A stretch of DNA of 64,000 nucleotides from Macrostomum lignano (taxonomy: Eukaryota), in NCBI GenBank assembly GCA_002269645.1, contig NIVC01000197.1, positions 124,001 to 188,000 on the forward strand, written 5' to 3'. This document shows positions 49,961 to 63,657 of the stretch, piece by piece. The notes under the pieces are model-generated. The model searched no databases. It saw only the letters and a list, made by a program, of their open reading frames with translations, and was not told where the DNA came from. Positions within the stretch are counted from its first letter, which is position 1; every line of letters starts with the position of its first letter. Made by a program: the position numbers and the translations under genes.

Positions 49961-52289
49961 GACTGTGTTGCAGTTGACTGTTTACAGGCTTAGCCAATAC
50001 TGTGCAACAGGTGAGCAATACTGTCGAGTCGTTTCAGAGGAGCTTCGGTAAACAGCTTGGTTTGCTAAGCAGGAGTCGCGGCACTGCAGAGAGCTCCTTC
50101 TGCTAGACTGTAGCTGTCGGATAGGAGCTGAGCGGCCCTGAGGAGATCCAGGCTTGTAGCAAAGTTTCAGGGCTTAGGCAGGGGTTGGGGAGGGTCTGGG
50201 GGGGGGTCGCTCTCCTTCTAGCCCCCCTGCCCGTCACATTTTCCTTCAACCCCTTTCCCTTTTCCTCCTGCCCTTCCCAAGCCGCCCTTCGCCGGTTAGA
50301 AGGAGTGAGGGGGGGGGGGGGAGAGGCGCGGGAGAGTCTGTTGGCCGAGGTTGCAGCCCAGTGTACAACGGCCCCCCCCCCCTCGGAGTTTTTCTGTACA
50401 TTTCTTCTGTTCAGTGTTCCAACGCTGCAGTTTTTTTTCAATCTTCGGTAGGCTCAAGTTAGTAGGTTTTTTGTTCGGCTCGAGAGATACTTGATCAAGG
50501 GCGAGTCTTAGGTGACAGAACAAGGCTAAAATGAGTGTTATACTGGCATACAGAATGGAGTGAAATTGGTCCTTTAAAAATCTTAAGCATTCAATGCCAA
50601 GTTCTCATTTTCTAGAACAATGCGGATGCATTGCAAAGGAAATGCTGGACTAAGTGATGCGGCTAGAGCTTAGGTCAACAGAGCCAGGTCTTGGAATCTG
50701 GGATCTGGCAGAGGGGGCTGCAGGGGGCACCTAGGTGCAGATCCTCCCCCTCCACACTCCCGATGCCTTCATTATCGATCGCGAAGGAGGAGGAGAGAAG
50801 AAGTAGGGAGAGAGGCGAGAGCAAGAGAGGTAGAGAGAGCTGAGAGAGCGGGCAGAGCGGCTCCAGAGTGAGGGGATTTAGCCGGCCACTGCACGCCAAT
50901 GGGCCGCGGAAGCAGATCCTAAAATCCTAAAATCCTACTTCCCCTTCTTCTGTGCGCGCCTCCGCGGGGCGGGAGAAGCGGCAGCAGTGGCCGCAGTTAT
51001 TGAAGTGCAGCAAAGCAATCAGGCGGGAGGCGATGGCTGCAGCCAAGGAGGATGGAGTTGGCTGTCGCCCCAGCCCCCTCCAGCTGTAAATCATTATCAG
51101 CCCCGCCAGTCTAGGAGGTAGGAATTAGACAGACGGAGAGGAGGGCCGTCATCGATTGCCCGCAGACACAGCACTGTCTGCCCGCCTGTCCGCCTGTCTC
51201 CTGCTGCAGCTCCATCCTTCACATCCTTGCTCCGCCATGCGCAAGAGAGAGAGAGAGAGAGCGAGGGTAAGGAGAGGGAGAGAAACTGCGATGTAGATGG
51301 AGCCGCCCGCTTATCAAGTTGCCCAGGGTCTCCCCTCTGCCGCTGTCTTCCCGAGCTCGCGCACTGTTTTCCTAAGGCCCCTCTCGTTCCTTCTCTACTC
51401 CGGCCTCCGGCTCTATCTCCCGCTCCATCTGAGAGTTCTCTCTTCCGAGCATCAGCCGAACCCCGAGCTAATTGACTTGAGCAAGGAGGCAGGCCAGCCG
51501 CCAGGGCTGTGGTTTAGGGCAAAATTGGAATTGGGGGATGGGGCTCTTTCCTCTTCTGCTCCCTCTCCTCTCAGTCTCTCCTCCCGCGCAACTCTTCTTA
51601 TTCTCATTTCCAGGCCTCCCCCGCGGGCTTGGAGTTCTTCTCCTCTGCGAGTTTTCTTGCTGTCTCATTACGGCGCTCCCCGTCTTTCCTCTTTCCACTT
51701 AATTTAGCGCGGGCTTACAGCCAACGACGCTTCGGAGATATCGCTAGCCAGCGGTCTGAGGCGTACCGCTGCCTCAGCCCCGCGGGAGGCCATCAAGGGC
51801 AATAAGTACACGGCGCGGTTTTTAAGCTAAAAATTCCAAAGATCCCATCCTCTTGCAGTTGCCTGTCTTCCTTCCTGCCTCGGAATCGTTGCGAGTCTAT
51901 TTTTGGCTGCATGGTCTGGCTGGGACGGCCAAGAAAGCTTTGGCTATAGCGGCCCGGTTGCTTCAGTCTCCCTCTCGTCCCTCCCTGCCGAATCCCCAAG
52001 CATGCAGGAATCCCTCTTAGCCAAGGGGCCACCGGGTGCGCTAAGAGCTGCTGCTGTTCTGAGAGGGGATTGGAAAACTATATAGTGGGAGCTGGGCAGG
52101 TTCCTCCCAGTTTTAATGTGTCAGCGAGGCCGAGCAAGTGGATTATTCATCTCCTCTCCCCTCTCTCGGGCATTGCCCAGCTCTCAGCCATGCCTCACTG
52201 GATTGAAGGCTGCCCGAGGAAACCAAATTTGCATTAGCAAAATAACATTTTCAAGCAGTCAGAGAGGCCAACTGTGTAAAGTAGAACTG

Positions 52290-53657
52290 GGATGGAGAGC
52301 TGAGAGACTGGGAGGATGGAGCCGCAGCACTGGGATGGAGAAGTGAGAGACTGGGAGGCTGGAGCCGCAGCACCGGGATGGAGAAGTGAGAGACTGGGAG
52401 GCTAGAGCCGCAGCACTGGGATGGAGAAGTGAGAGACTGGGAGGATGGAGCCGCAGCACTGGGATGGAGAAGTGAGAGACTGGGAGGATGGAGCCGCAGC
52501 ACCGGGATGGAGAAGTGAGAGACTGGGAGGATGGAGCCGCAGCACTGGGATGGAGAAGTGAGAAACTGGGAGGATGGAGCCGCAGCACTGGGATGGAGAA
52601 GTGAGAGACTGGGAGGATGGAGCCGCAGCACCGGGATGGAGAAGTGAGAGACTGGGAGGATGGAGCCGCAGCACTGGGATGGAGAAGTGAGAGGCTGGGA
52701 GGATGGAGCCGCAGCAGCACCGGGATGGAGAAGTGAGTGGCTGGGAGGCTGGAGCCGCAGCACTGGGATGGAGAAGTGAGAAACTGGGAGGATGGAGCCG
52801 CAGCACTGGGATGGAGAAGTGAGAGACTGGGAGGCTGGAGCCGCAGCACTGGGATGGAGAAGTGAGAGACTGGGAGGATGGAGCCGCAGCACCGGGATGG
52901 AGAAGTGAGAGACTGGGAGGATGGAGCCGCAGCACTGGGATGGAGAAGTGAGAAACTGGGAGGATGGAGCCGCAGCACTGGGATGGAGAAGTGAGAGACT
53001 GGGAGGCTGGAGCCGCAGCACTGGGATGGAGAAGTGAGAGACTGGGAGGATGGAGCCGCAGCACCGGGATGGAGAAGTGAGAGACTGGGAGGATGGAGCC
53101 GCAGCACTGGGATGGAGAAGTGAGAGACTGGGAGGATGGAGCCGCAGCACTGGGATGGAGAAGTGAGAGGCTGGGAGGCTGGAGCCGCAAGGCTTGGATG
53201 GAGAAGTGAGAGACTGGGAGGCTGGAGCCGCAGCACTGGGATGGAGAAGTGAGACTGGGAGGCTGGAGCCGCAGCACTGGGATGGAGAAGTGAGAGACTG
53301 GGAGGATGGAGCCGCAGCACTGGGATGGAGAAGTGAGAGACTGGGAGGCTGGAGCCGCAGCACTGGGATGGAGAAGTGAGAGGCTGGGAGGCTGGAGCCG
53401 CAAGGCTTGGATGGAGAAGTGAGAGACTGGGAGGCTGGAGCCGCAGCACTGGGATGGAGAAGTGAGACTGGGAGGCTGGAGCCGCAGCACTGGGATGGAG
53501 AAGTGAGAGACTGGGAGGATGGACCCGCAGCACTGGGATGGAGAAGTGAGAGGCTGGGAGGCTGGAGCCGCAAGGCTTGGATGGAGAAGTGAGAGACTGG
53601 GAGGCTGGAGCCGCAGCACTGGGATGGAGAAGTGAGACTGGGAGGCTGGAGCCGCAG
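52290..53657. repeat. 43-bp tandem array (~32 copies, 41-bp variants)
   Basis: Unit gggagg(a/c)tggagccgcagcactgggatggagaagtgagagact; explains three 440-470 aa spurious ORFs. Confidence 0.97.
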
Positions 53658-54474
53658 GGCCAGATGGGAACTTCCAAACGATAAAAAGAAAGTAAGCGCT
53701 TGCTTTAGCGATATTAAGCTGCAAAATAGATTGCGCGTTTAATACAAGCGTATGGATAAATAAAAGAATTATGATTTATTTTGAAACTCTAATTACAGAT
53801 TAGCATTTTATGGCGATGAGTTCAGCCAGTGCTGAGTAGCAGCCGAGAACTTTGACAATTTAAAATAAAACAAAAGAACTACTAAGCAGATAAACAAAAC
53901 TGGCGCGATTCGATTCTATTAAAAAAAAGAAAAACACTACTGAAAACTCTCAGCCTTGAGAATAATTTGCCATAGGGGAAGCTGACACTACATAGGCAAT
54001 CTTGCAGCACTGTACATCGCGGCTTGGTACCTATAGAGAATATGGCGCAGCAAATTTTAATGCGCAACTGTAGAAGCGGTTCCGGGCAAAACAAAACAAC
54101 AAAAGCAATACCGGGAGCAGCAAGGAAACACAACGGTTCATAGGGGATTTGTGTAACTGCAGTAAAGCTAAATACACACGTGTTTATGCAGGAAGTACAC
54201 CGCGACACCGCCTACAAAATGGGAGTTTCTAGGAAATACTTGAATTAGAATCGGTAGAATTATTTTATGGAACAATCAATTAGAAGCAGAGAAATAATTT
54301 ACGCTGATGATCTTGATAATTGAATGAATTGAAGGTTCACAATAATGTACAAATTGCGGAGAGCATACAGTATGTATGTGCTCGTGTCTCATGTTGCTCA
54401 TGTGACATGTCGGAATCATGTCCTTGATGGAAGAATTAAGGTATTACGCTCGTAGAAGCGTAGAATTATAAATT

Positions 54475-54843
54475 ATGCAATCATGTACCCGGATGTCAGA
54501 ATCATGTACCCGGATGTCTGAATTATCTACCCGGAGGTCAGAATCATGTACCCGGAGGTCGGAATCATGTACCCGGGTGTCAGAATCATGTACCCGGGAT
54601 GTCGAAATCATGTACCCGGAGGTCAGAATCATGTACCCGGAGGTCGGAATCATGTACCCAGATGTCTGAATCATGTACCCAGTGGTCAGAATCATGTACC
54701 CGGATGTCAGAATCCTGTACCCGGATGTCAGAATCCTGTACCCGGGATGTCGGAATCATGTACCCGGGATGTCGAAATCATGTACCCGGATGTCAGAATC
54801 ATGTACCCGGAGGTCGGAATCATGTACCCGGATGTCAGAATCA
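54475..54843. repeat. 21-bp tandem repeat just downstream of the nuclear receptor stop codon
   Basis: Unit aatcatgtacccggatgtcag. Confidence 0.95.
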
Positions 54844-54881
54844 GGGAATCGCACGGCACAGCGAATGCCCGAGCAACACAG

Positions 54882-57800
54882 TCAGAGCTCAGCAGCGGTC
54901 TCGTCCGGCGATTCGTCCTGCAGATCCAGGAACTCGGCCATCAGCGGCCGAACTAGTCGGGCATTAGCTCGGCCGGCCAGTCCAACAAATTGGCGCTCCA
55001 GGTGGCGCAGCTCGGCCAGCTGTCCGAGCAGCTGCGGATACAGGCGCCTGGCCTCGGCCGCGGGGTGCCGGGTGCGCAGCAGCCGCTCCAGCAGGCGGCA
55101 GTAGCCGGCCTGCGCCGTCTCGACCAGACCGCGGCCCTCCTCGGACAGCGCGGGCCGGTCCGGGCTGAACAGGCAGGCCAGCAGCAGCAGGACGAGGGTC
55201 GGCCGGTCCGCCTGCATGCCGTGGCGCAGGCCGGCCGCCAGGCGCAGCAGAGCCTGGCCGCTGGCGCCGGCCGCTCGGAGGAAGTCGCCGTCGTCCATGG
55301 CCAGCGAGGCCGCCCGGTCGGCGTCAGCGTCGTCAAGGAAACGGGCACCGTCGGGGTCGAAGCTGATGACGCCGCGCAGCAGGATGAGCTCCATGGCGCC
55401 GCCTTTGAGCAGGGCCACCTGCGGTGATGAAGAAAAAGCGAGTTTTCTTTTCAAACAGATGCCGAAGTGTAAATGCGACCCGAGCCCTGACCTACCTTGT
55501 CCTGCTGGCTCAGCTGTCTGAAGGGCTCCAGCCGTTTGCTCAGGTCGATGACCCGCAGCACGGACAGCTCGGCGAAGTTGATGAGGTCGTCCACGCCGAC
55601 TGGGGCCGCGACTCGATCGCCTGGCGGCGCCTGAGGCGGCAGCACGCAGGCCTCGGAGCTGGCGTAACTGTCCATCGCGCTGCGGACCTCGGCGAGCTCA
55701 GCCTCGGTGAGCAGCTCTCGCTGGGCGAGCTCAGCAGCCGGCAGGTCTTTCGGCAGCAGCTGCATCGCCTCCAAACTGCGGACCAGCCTTGGCGAGTGGG
55801 GGAGGTTTGAGCATTGCCAGTGAGAGCGGCATCTCAGTGAGGTTCTGATCCTATCATCTCACAATCCCTATGGGATTCTGATCCCACAGTCTCCATGAGA
55901 TTCTGATCCTATCATCTCAAGTCTCGATGAGATTCTGATCCTATCATCTCAAGTCTCCATGAGATTCTGATCCCATAGTCTCCAAGAGATTGTGATCCCA
56001 TAGTCTCCAAGAGATTCTGATCCCATAGTCTCGATGAGATTCTGATCCCTTAGTCTCCCGAGATTCTGATCCTATCATCTCACAGTCTCCATGAGATTCT
56101 GATCCCATAGTCTCCATGAGATTCTGATCCTATCATCTCACAGTCCCCATGAGATTCTGATCCCATAGTCTCCATGAGATTCTGATCCTATCATCTCACA
56201 GTCTCCATGAGATTCTGATCCCATAGTCTCCCGAGATTCTGATCCTATCATCTCACAGTCTCCATGAGATTCTGATCCTATCATCTCACAGTCCCCATGA
56301 GATTCTGATCCCATAGTCTCCATGAGATTCTGATCCTATCATCTCACAGTCTCTATGAGATTCTGATCCCATAGTCTCCATGAGATTGTGATCCCATAGT
56401 CTCCAAGAGATTGTGATCCCATAGTCTCCAAGAGATTCTGATCCCATAGTCTCCATGAGATTCTGATCCCAGTCTCTATGAGATTGTGATCCCATAGTCT
56501 CCATGAGATTGTGATCCCATAGTCTCCATGAGATTGTGATCCCATAGTCTCCAAGAGATTGTGATCCCATAGTCTCCAAGAGATTCTGATCCCATAGTCT
56601 CCATGAGATTCTGATCCCAGTCTCTATGAGATTGTGATCCCATAGTCTCCATGAGATTGTGATCCCATAGTCTCCATGAGATTGTGATCCCATAGTCTCC
56701 AAGAGATTGTGATCCCATAGTCTCCAAGAGATTCTGATCCCATAGTCTCCATGAGATTCTGATCCCAGTCTCTATGAGATTGTGATCCCATAGTCTCCAT
56801 GAGATTGTGATCCCATAGTCTCTATGAGATTGTGATCCCATAGTCTCCATGAGATTGTGATCCCATAGTCTCTATGAGATTGTGATCCCATAGTCTCCAT
56901 GAGATTGTGATCCCATAGTCTCCAAGAGATTCTGATCCCATAGTCTCCATGAGATTCTGATCCCAGTCTCCACGAGATTCTGATCCTCATGGAGACTATA
57001 TAACGAGATTCCCAGCTTCTGCATTCCCACTGGTACATGCACGCCATGCTCCCATCCCGAACAACTGCATTTAGCTGACAATGCTTGAGTACAGCCCCGC
57101 TTGTACTGCAGCCATCAAAGCAATTTGATTCAACTCCAGTCTCCAAATCGAATTCTCAGCAAGCGCGTGTCTGGCGCAGCCCGGACAGCAATTATATGCA
57201 AGCCAGACACACAGTGGGGAGCCATGCGCGCGCATCTGTTCCAGCGGCCGCGTTCCCACACTTCCCACAGCTCCATGACGGGATATCCATGACGGCTGCC
57301 CCGCCCGCCTCCTCCTGCGGAGAGTCCGCATCAATTATTTATAGCAAGTCCTGTGCTCACATCGCGGCTCTAAAAACTCACACTGCCCCACCATCACCAA
57401 GCCTACATATACGGCCCCCCTGTTTCCCATCATCTTTGCTCAGCCTCCAATTGTCCAATTGCCACTAAAAAAACCGGCACTATTTTTAAAGGCGTTGTTA
57501 CCAACGGACCGTTTCGGTAAATGCGTTAAACATAGTATAAAAATCTAGCATTTCTACTTGCAGCAGATGAACCGCATTTTAGTTACCAAACGTGAGTTAA
57601 GGGGCTCGCTTACTTGTTCTGATCGATCTTCTTCCGCTTCTCCTGCTTCTCCTGCTCGGACAGGATGTACTCCTTTTTCATGCCGACATCGAAGCACTTG
57701 CGCAGTCGGCAGTGCTTGCAGAAACGCCTGTTGGACACGTCCATGACGCAATGGCCCTCGTAGGGGCATTTAAATGCTGACTGTCGGAGGGTTGTTCGGT

Positions 57801-59071
57801 GGAAATGCATAGCTTAGAGACGGGAGGGTGTTATATTGAGATTGGATCCCACTGCCAGAGAAAGGATCCCACTGCCAGAGAAAGGATCCCACTGCCAGAG
57901 AAAGGATCCCACTGCCAGAGATAGGATCCCACTGCCAGAGATAGGATCCCACTGCCAGAGATAGAATCCCACTGCCAGAGAAAGGATCCCACTGCCAGAG
58001 ATAGGATCCCACTGCCAGAGAAAGGATCCCACTGCCAGAGAAAGGATCCCACTGCCAGAGACAGGATCCCACTGTCAGAGAAAGGATCCCACTGCCAGAG
58101 AAAGGATCCCACTGCCAGAGATAGGATCCCACTGCCAGAGATAGGATCCCACTGCCAGAGAAAGGATCCCACTGCCAGAGATAGGATCCCACTGCCAGAG
58201 ATAGGATCCCACTGCCAGAGATAGGATCCCACTGCCAGAGAAAGGATCCCACTGCCAGAGAAAGGATCCCACTGCCAGAGATAGGATCCCACTGCCAGAG
58301 ATAGGATCCCACTGCCAGAGAAAGGATCCCACTGCCAGAGATAGGATCCCACTGCCAGAGATAGGATCCCACTGCCAGAGAAAGAATCCCAGACAGCACA
58401 CTCACCACACCCCTGCCAGCGTTGCGCCGGAAGAAAGCCTTGCAGCTCTCGCAGCTGACAGCGTCAAAGTTAAATCCCAGCGCTTTGTCGCCGCAGACGC
58501 CGCAGATTTTGTCTTCGCGCGGTCGCGGCGCCCGCCTCTGCGGTCCGATGCCGCCGCCACCGGGCGGCACCGCGGCGGATGAGGATGAGGAGCTGACCTC
58601 GGCTGGCGACAGCGGCTCGGGCTTGGCCGGCTCCGACGGCGGAGTGACGCACTCGAACAGGAAGTCTCCGTCGATGCTCGGGACCGGAGGCTGCTTCTGC
58701 AAGAGAATTGGCGGCTGCTGCTGCTGCTGCAGCTCGGAGAAGGCCGAGTACATGCCGGTTGAGTCCGAGCCAGGGGACAGGTCCTCCGAGCGGCCAAGGA
58801 TGAAGCCGCTGCCGTAGGCGGCTGACTCCTCCTGCTCGAATGGGGCAAGCAGCTCGAACTTTAAGTCGTCCAGCGGGCCGCCGTGCATTGTGGAGGACAT
58901 CAGGCTGCGCTGCTGAGAGTGCGGCTGCTGCTGCTGCTGCGGCTGCTGCTGCGGCTGCTGATACTGCATAGGCGGATGCTGCTGCTGCTGCTGCTGCATT
59001 GGAGGTGGCTGATAAAACTGCCACGAGAATGGTTGTTGCTGCTGCTGCTGCTGCTGTTGTTGTTGCTGCAC
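54882..59071 (-). CDS. HR96-like: Nuclear hormone receptor, NR1J/HR96-DAF-12 group; exons ~59071-58406, 57780-57614, 57314-?, ~55787-55496, 55418-54882
   Basis: C4 zinc fingers [27 protein letters not shown] (the CESCKA P-box is typical of NR1J) and [33 protein letters not shown]; LBD motifs FRQLSQQDK|[16 protein letters not shown]; polyQ N-terminus. The hinge exon 3' end is unresolved. Confidence 0.9.
55845..56990. repeat. ~25-bp tandem array (23-33 bp variants) in a nuclear receptor intron
   Basis: Unit ccatgagatt(c/g)tgatcccatagtct. Confidence 0.95.
57845..58390. repeat. 20-bp tandem array (~27 copies) between the two zinc-finger exons
   Basis: Unit aggatcccactgccagaga(t/a). Confidence 0.97.
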
Positions 59072-62000
59072 CTGACTGCAAAGAAGGTGTTTTGAAATGT
59101 TTTTTTTTGTTTTTTTTGTTGCATATATTCTAGATTTAAAATACTATGCATAGTCATTTGCTACTACTTGAAACCGGTTAGCAGTAGTCAAATAAGAAAA
59201 TATAGAATCGAAGGTTTCGGTGCGTATTTAAAGGTGAAAGGCTGCTGTATAGTGCGTGGGCGATGGCCGAGGACATTTCCTTCGAGCTTCGGAATTATTT
59301 GTGCGCCGCTTACAATGACTTTGATAATTAAATTGTAAGTCCAAGTTCCGAAGCCCAGGCTATAACTTACGTTATAGTAATACCCACTAATGAGTAATGA
59401 GTATATGAACTTGTATTTACTTGTACTTTCCCGTTTTCCAGCTGTATGATTGTATCAAAATAGTGTGATAATGGTGTACTGTTTATGATATTTATGAGGC
59501 CGTATGAATAAACTGAGCAAATGCTCAAACTCAAGCAAATGCTCAGGTCAGTAAGAATAAGCTGAGCTCTTACTCAGGAGCAAATACTCAGGAGTAAATA
59601 CAGGCCTAATGTGTGATTTCATGCTCCTAATTGCAAGACTGAAACAAATAATGCTAAATTGTTGCAAGAATAAGTCAAATAAATAAGTCAACAAAGAGAA
59701 GAGGTGATCCAACGTTAATAATGCGATTGCAGAATCACTTACCTTAAATAGCCAGAATTAATACAGATAGAAGTCATTTCTCACTGTCTGTACTCGCCTT
59801 GTCAACTTTATAATCAGAATCAGATAACTAAAACACGTGTTGCACTTGATAACCTCAGCTTGGATTATCAAAGCTTGTGGTTAAGTCCCAGATTTGTTTT
59901 GCTGGGATGCGAAAAGTTTAAAAGATCGCAGCATTTATGTAAGTTAGCGGGAGGAGGGGCGGCTGCCGGCCCAATGGCGGCCCCTCCTCATTCCCAGCTC
60001 TTACTTAGGGTTCACCCGGTTTGGCTGCGAGCTAAATTAGGAAATCTAGTCCGCCTATGCGTCATGTGCGTACACCCAGGGAGGGGCCACGCGGTGCGGA
60101 CGGCGGGTAGAGGAGAGAGAGGGAAAGGGGTGAGAGAGTGAGTGATATTGAGGGTTCCGCGTACACGCCATGCCTTTTCTAGAATCGACCTCGCGGAATT
60201 CAGTTTGCCTTTGTAGGAAAGGCGCGGGCAATTCACGTGACGCGATTCCGGAATAAGTTCGTCAAAAAAGGGAATTAGACTTCATTAAAATCGAAAAGTT
60301 ATTGAGTCAAGATCAGGAAAAGCGATATATCATCTCCTTTGTCCAAAATTTGGGCCACTAAGAGTTAAGACCAAGGAGGAAATATTTCTTTAACTTACTT
60401 TACTAGAAATTACTAGTCTCATTTAAATTAGACGAATTTTGTTCTTCATCAAATTAAGTAAATATTTAAACAAACGGATTCCTAGAAAGAAGCCTTAAGT
60501 GCCCTTTAAAAACCACTTTTCTCGAGAAGCTTTTTATGCGCTTTGCCGATAAGCAAGACGGGTTAGAAGTAGGGATTGGGGGAGGACAAACCTTCATTCA
60601 ATGTACACTCGCACAGTGTACATACATAGCTATTTACAAATGTACTCAGACTAGAATAGGACGGACGGGAGAATCCATCATAAGTCAGTGCGTACATATT
60701 AAGCACGAAGCGGCCGCCCCTCAGGCTGAAATAGAAAGATAACAAGCGCAGAGTTGATAAAGTGCGACAAAATGCACCGAATGACCCTGAAAGCCCTCCA
60801 AGCTCTGTTCAAAAGCTGCGCTTTCCAGTTTATCCAGTTTTGTAAATTGCGAGCGTAAAATGGGCGGCAGCAACGCTGGGTAAGTCGTTAAATTCGAAAT
60901 CTCAACTCTAAAGATTTAGGCGGTTTCAAGTCATTAAAGCAAATTGCGAAGGCGGACTGGCGGAGCTTGGGGGTAGTGGAACGCAATACTCGTGATAATC
61001 CACCCTGTAATAACTTCTTTTGCCCTTAATAAATCCACCTCCAAAGTTCAAAGAACTTGCATAAATTTGAAGTGGAAGAGTGTCCTGGAACAGTGTCAGA
61101 AGAAAAATATTCCTTTCGGAAATGCACAACATTTGATAGCGGCGAATTTGGTTTTAAAAAGAATGGCAGAATGACAGAAAGTTTTTAAGGTTTGGAAAAG
61201 CTACAGATAACTGTTGGAATTTGAGCCGTGAGTTCGAGCTCTCTTAGAGTCGTCAGTCGGTGCTGTCTTAGGAGTCATGTTCCTACCATGGGATTATAGA
61301 GTGTTGCATTCTCTGCATTTTTGAATCAGCTGCACCAGTTAAAAATAAAACAATGAACTTAGGATGCTCCATTGTCTGTCTGTCCAACTACTGTTGCAGT
61401 GTTAAACCCCGTTAAAAATACCCCGTAATTTTTTTTGTAAAATATAGGTTCTGGTTGATAACAAAAAAGAATCAGTATCCTGCTTGCTTACCTGTACAGG
61501 TGCTGGTGTCCGAGCAAGAGTTTCGCCGAAAAAAAACTGAGGGTCTGCAAAGTCAGGTGTGTCAGCTTTCAACTATTAAAACAGAAGCTCCAGTTGTTCT
61601 GATTGTGTGGCAATTTATGCTGCCCTGACAACTTTTGAGTTTCGCTCTTGAATTTATATACTTGAAGCATAGCTGGCGGCCTAATCAAAGACATTTATAA
61701 ACCCCAACCCGGCCCTGATCTCCTCTGTGTTCGGCCTCCGCCTGTGCGCAAAGATCATATAAATTCGTTCGTTTCTCTCCTTTGTCGGTGAGCTGGAAGA
61801 GCTGCTGTATTTTTGGACCGATGGGGTGGGTAGGGGCGCCATAATTGATGTCCATGCGTGCGCACCCGCCCCCATAGCCATGGAGACCTTGTAGTTAGAA
61901 TCTGGACTGGGAGTGGCTTTGACCAAGGAGTTTATAATCCACAAGCTTCTACCCCCCCTTCTATCCGGCCCTCGGGGTCTTTTGACACTTCACGATAGCA

Positions 62001-62399
62001 ATCTGACCCGCTTAAGGCTTATGTCTCTTCTCTCCACTCTTCTCTCTTATCTCTCCTTTTTCTTCTCTCCTCTTATCTTTTCTCTCACGTCTGTTCTCTC
62101 ATTTCTTTTCTTTTCTCTCTCCTCTATTCCCTCTTACTTTCCTCTCTCATCTCTCCCGGTAGTCATGAGCTAGATTATTTATTTGGCCCTTGAAGTAAAA
62201 TTGTTTGCTGACAAAGGGTTGGACTAATTAATCGTTTGAAAGCTGAATTATAAAAACTTTCTTCATAAATTCAATCATTCATTTTGTTTCATTATAAAGC
62301 CTAATAAATCTTCACAAGTCGCTTGAATTTTAGAAAATTTCAAGGATCGGCTATAGCTTTTACTTCAGAGGCCAGATAGGATTTTAGTGCATGATTGCG

Positions 62400-62860
62400 G
62401 GTGAGAGGAGGGAATAGATAAGAGGGAATAAAAGAGAGAAGAGAAGAAATAGGATAGGAGAGAGGAGGAGAGAGGAGAGGAGAGAGGATAGAGAAGAGGA
62501 GAGAGGAGAAGAGAGGAGAGAGGAGAAGAGAGGAGAGAGGAGAAGAGAGGAGAGAGGAGAAGAGAGGAGAGAGGAGAAGAGAGGAGAGAGGAGAGAGGAG
62601 AAGAGAGGAGAGAGGAGAAGAGAGGAGAGAGGAGAAGAGAGGAGAGAGGAGAAGAGAGGAGAAGAGAGGAGAGAGGAGAGAGGAGAAGAGAGGAGAGAGG
62701 AGAAGAGAGGAGAGAGGAGAAGAGAGGAGAAGAGAGAAGAGAGGAGAAGAGAGGAGAGAGGAGAGAGGAGAAGAGAGGAGAGAGGAGAAGAGAGGAGAGA
62801 GGAGAGAGGAGAAGAGAGAGGAGAAGAGAGGAGAGACGAGAAAGGAGAAAGGAGAGGAAA
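62400..62860. repeat. GA-rich polypurine tract (gagga/gaaga units)
   Basis: Direct reading; followed by a hAT-like subterminal motif at 62878-62910. Confidence 0.95.
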
Positions 62861-63584
62861 GAGTTTTAAAGGACGCTAGGGCCGGATAGAGGCTTCGCGG
62901 GCCGGAGTTTCACAGCTGGTGGTCCGGGTGTTACTCCATATTATAGTTTCAGACCTCCTTGACCCAAAGTCCTCTCTCTCTGACCCGCTTTGCACTGTCC
63001 GTAACCGGCCGCCACCCCCAGCGGGAGGAAAGGGATGCGAAGCAACATCAAAGAGAAGCGCGCCGCCGGACAGAGAGAGAAGGAGGAATATAATATTAAG
63101 TGCATAGATTGGGAGAGCGGAAGGGGATTAGTGACATCGTAGGGATAGGAAGCCAACAAAACTTCAATAGGAGAAGATGCTGTTTGGAGGGACTTACGAT
63201 TATTACAGTTATTCATAATAGTGATTCGAGAGCAGAAGGACATTGAGTGCATTTTTCGAAGCTGTAAATTGATGCATAGAAATGTCGAAGCGTACTCAGA
63301 GAACGGCGGTGCCCATTTTGGTGCTGCTCGTGCCAATGAAAGGAATGACTGGCCAGGTAATAGAGAGGCGTGTGTGGTCCTGTCTTGTGCTTGTGTTGCA
63401 GTGACCCTTGGCCCTGTATGGTTAGCAAACAGAGAGAGAAAGTAAACAAAAAGCAGTTTTGGCAGCATTTTTGAATGTCATGTTTCCGCTACAGATAATA
63501 TATTAGCTTTGCTGCTATTACAAAATCATTGTATGTCTATCAACGAATACCAAAATGGCACCATTCAGATCCAAGATGACACCT

Positions 63585-63657
63585 ACCTACCTACCTACCT
63601 ACCTTCCTACCTTCCTACCTACCTACCTACCTACCTACCTACCTACCTACCTACCTA
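63585..63657. repeat. (CCTA)n microsatellite
   Basis: Direct reading. Confidence 0.95.

Noticed and set aside
50100-52250. GC-rich region with several short ORFs, possibly a decayed non-LTR element
   Set aside because: No RT, endonuclease or gag motif could be read in any frame.
52251-53724. Three 440-472 aa minus-strand ORFs
   Set aside because: All three frames are open because the 43-bp unit lacks stops on that strand; no domain or splice context.
54546-55810. Plus-strand ORFs over the nuclear receptor LBD
   Set aside because: Antisense shadows of GC-rich exons and of the 21-bp repeat.
62941-63468. 175-aa minus-strand ORF and neighbours
   Set aside because: No conserved motif or splice evidence; consistent with chance ORFs.
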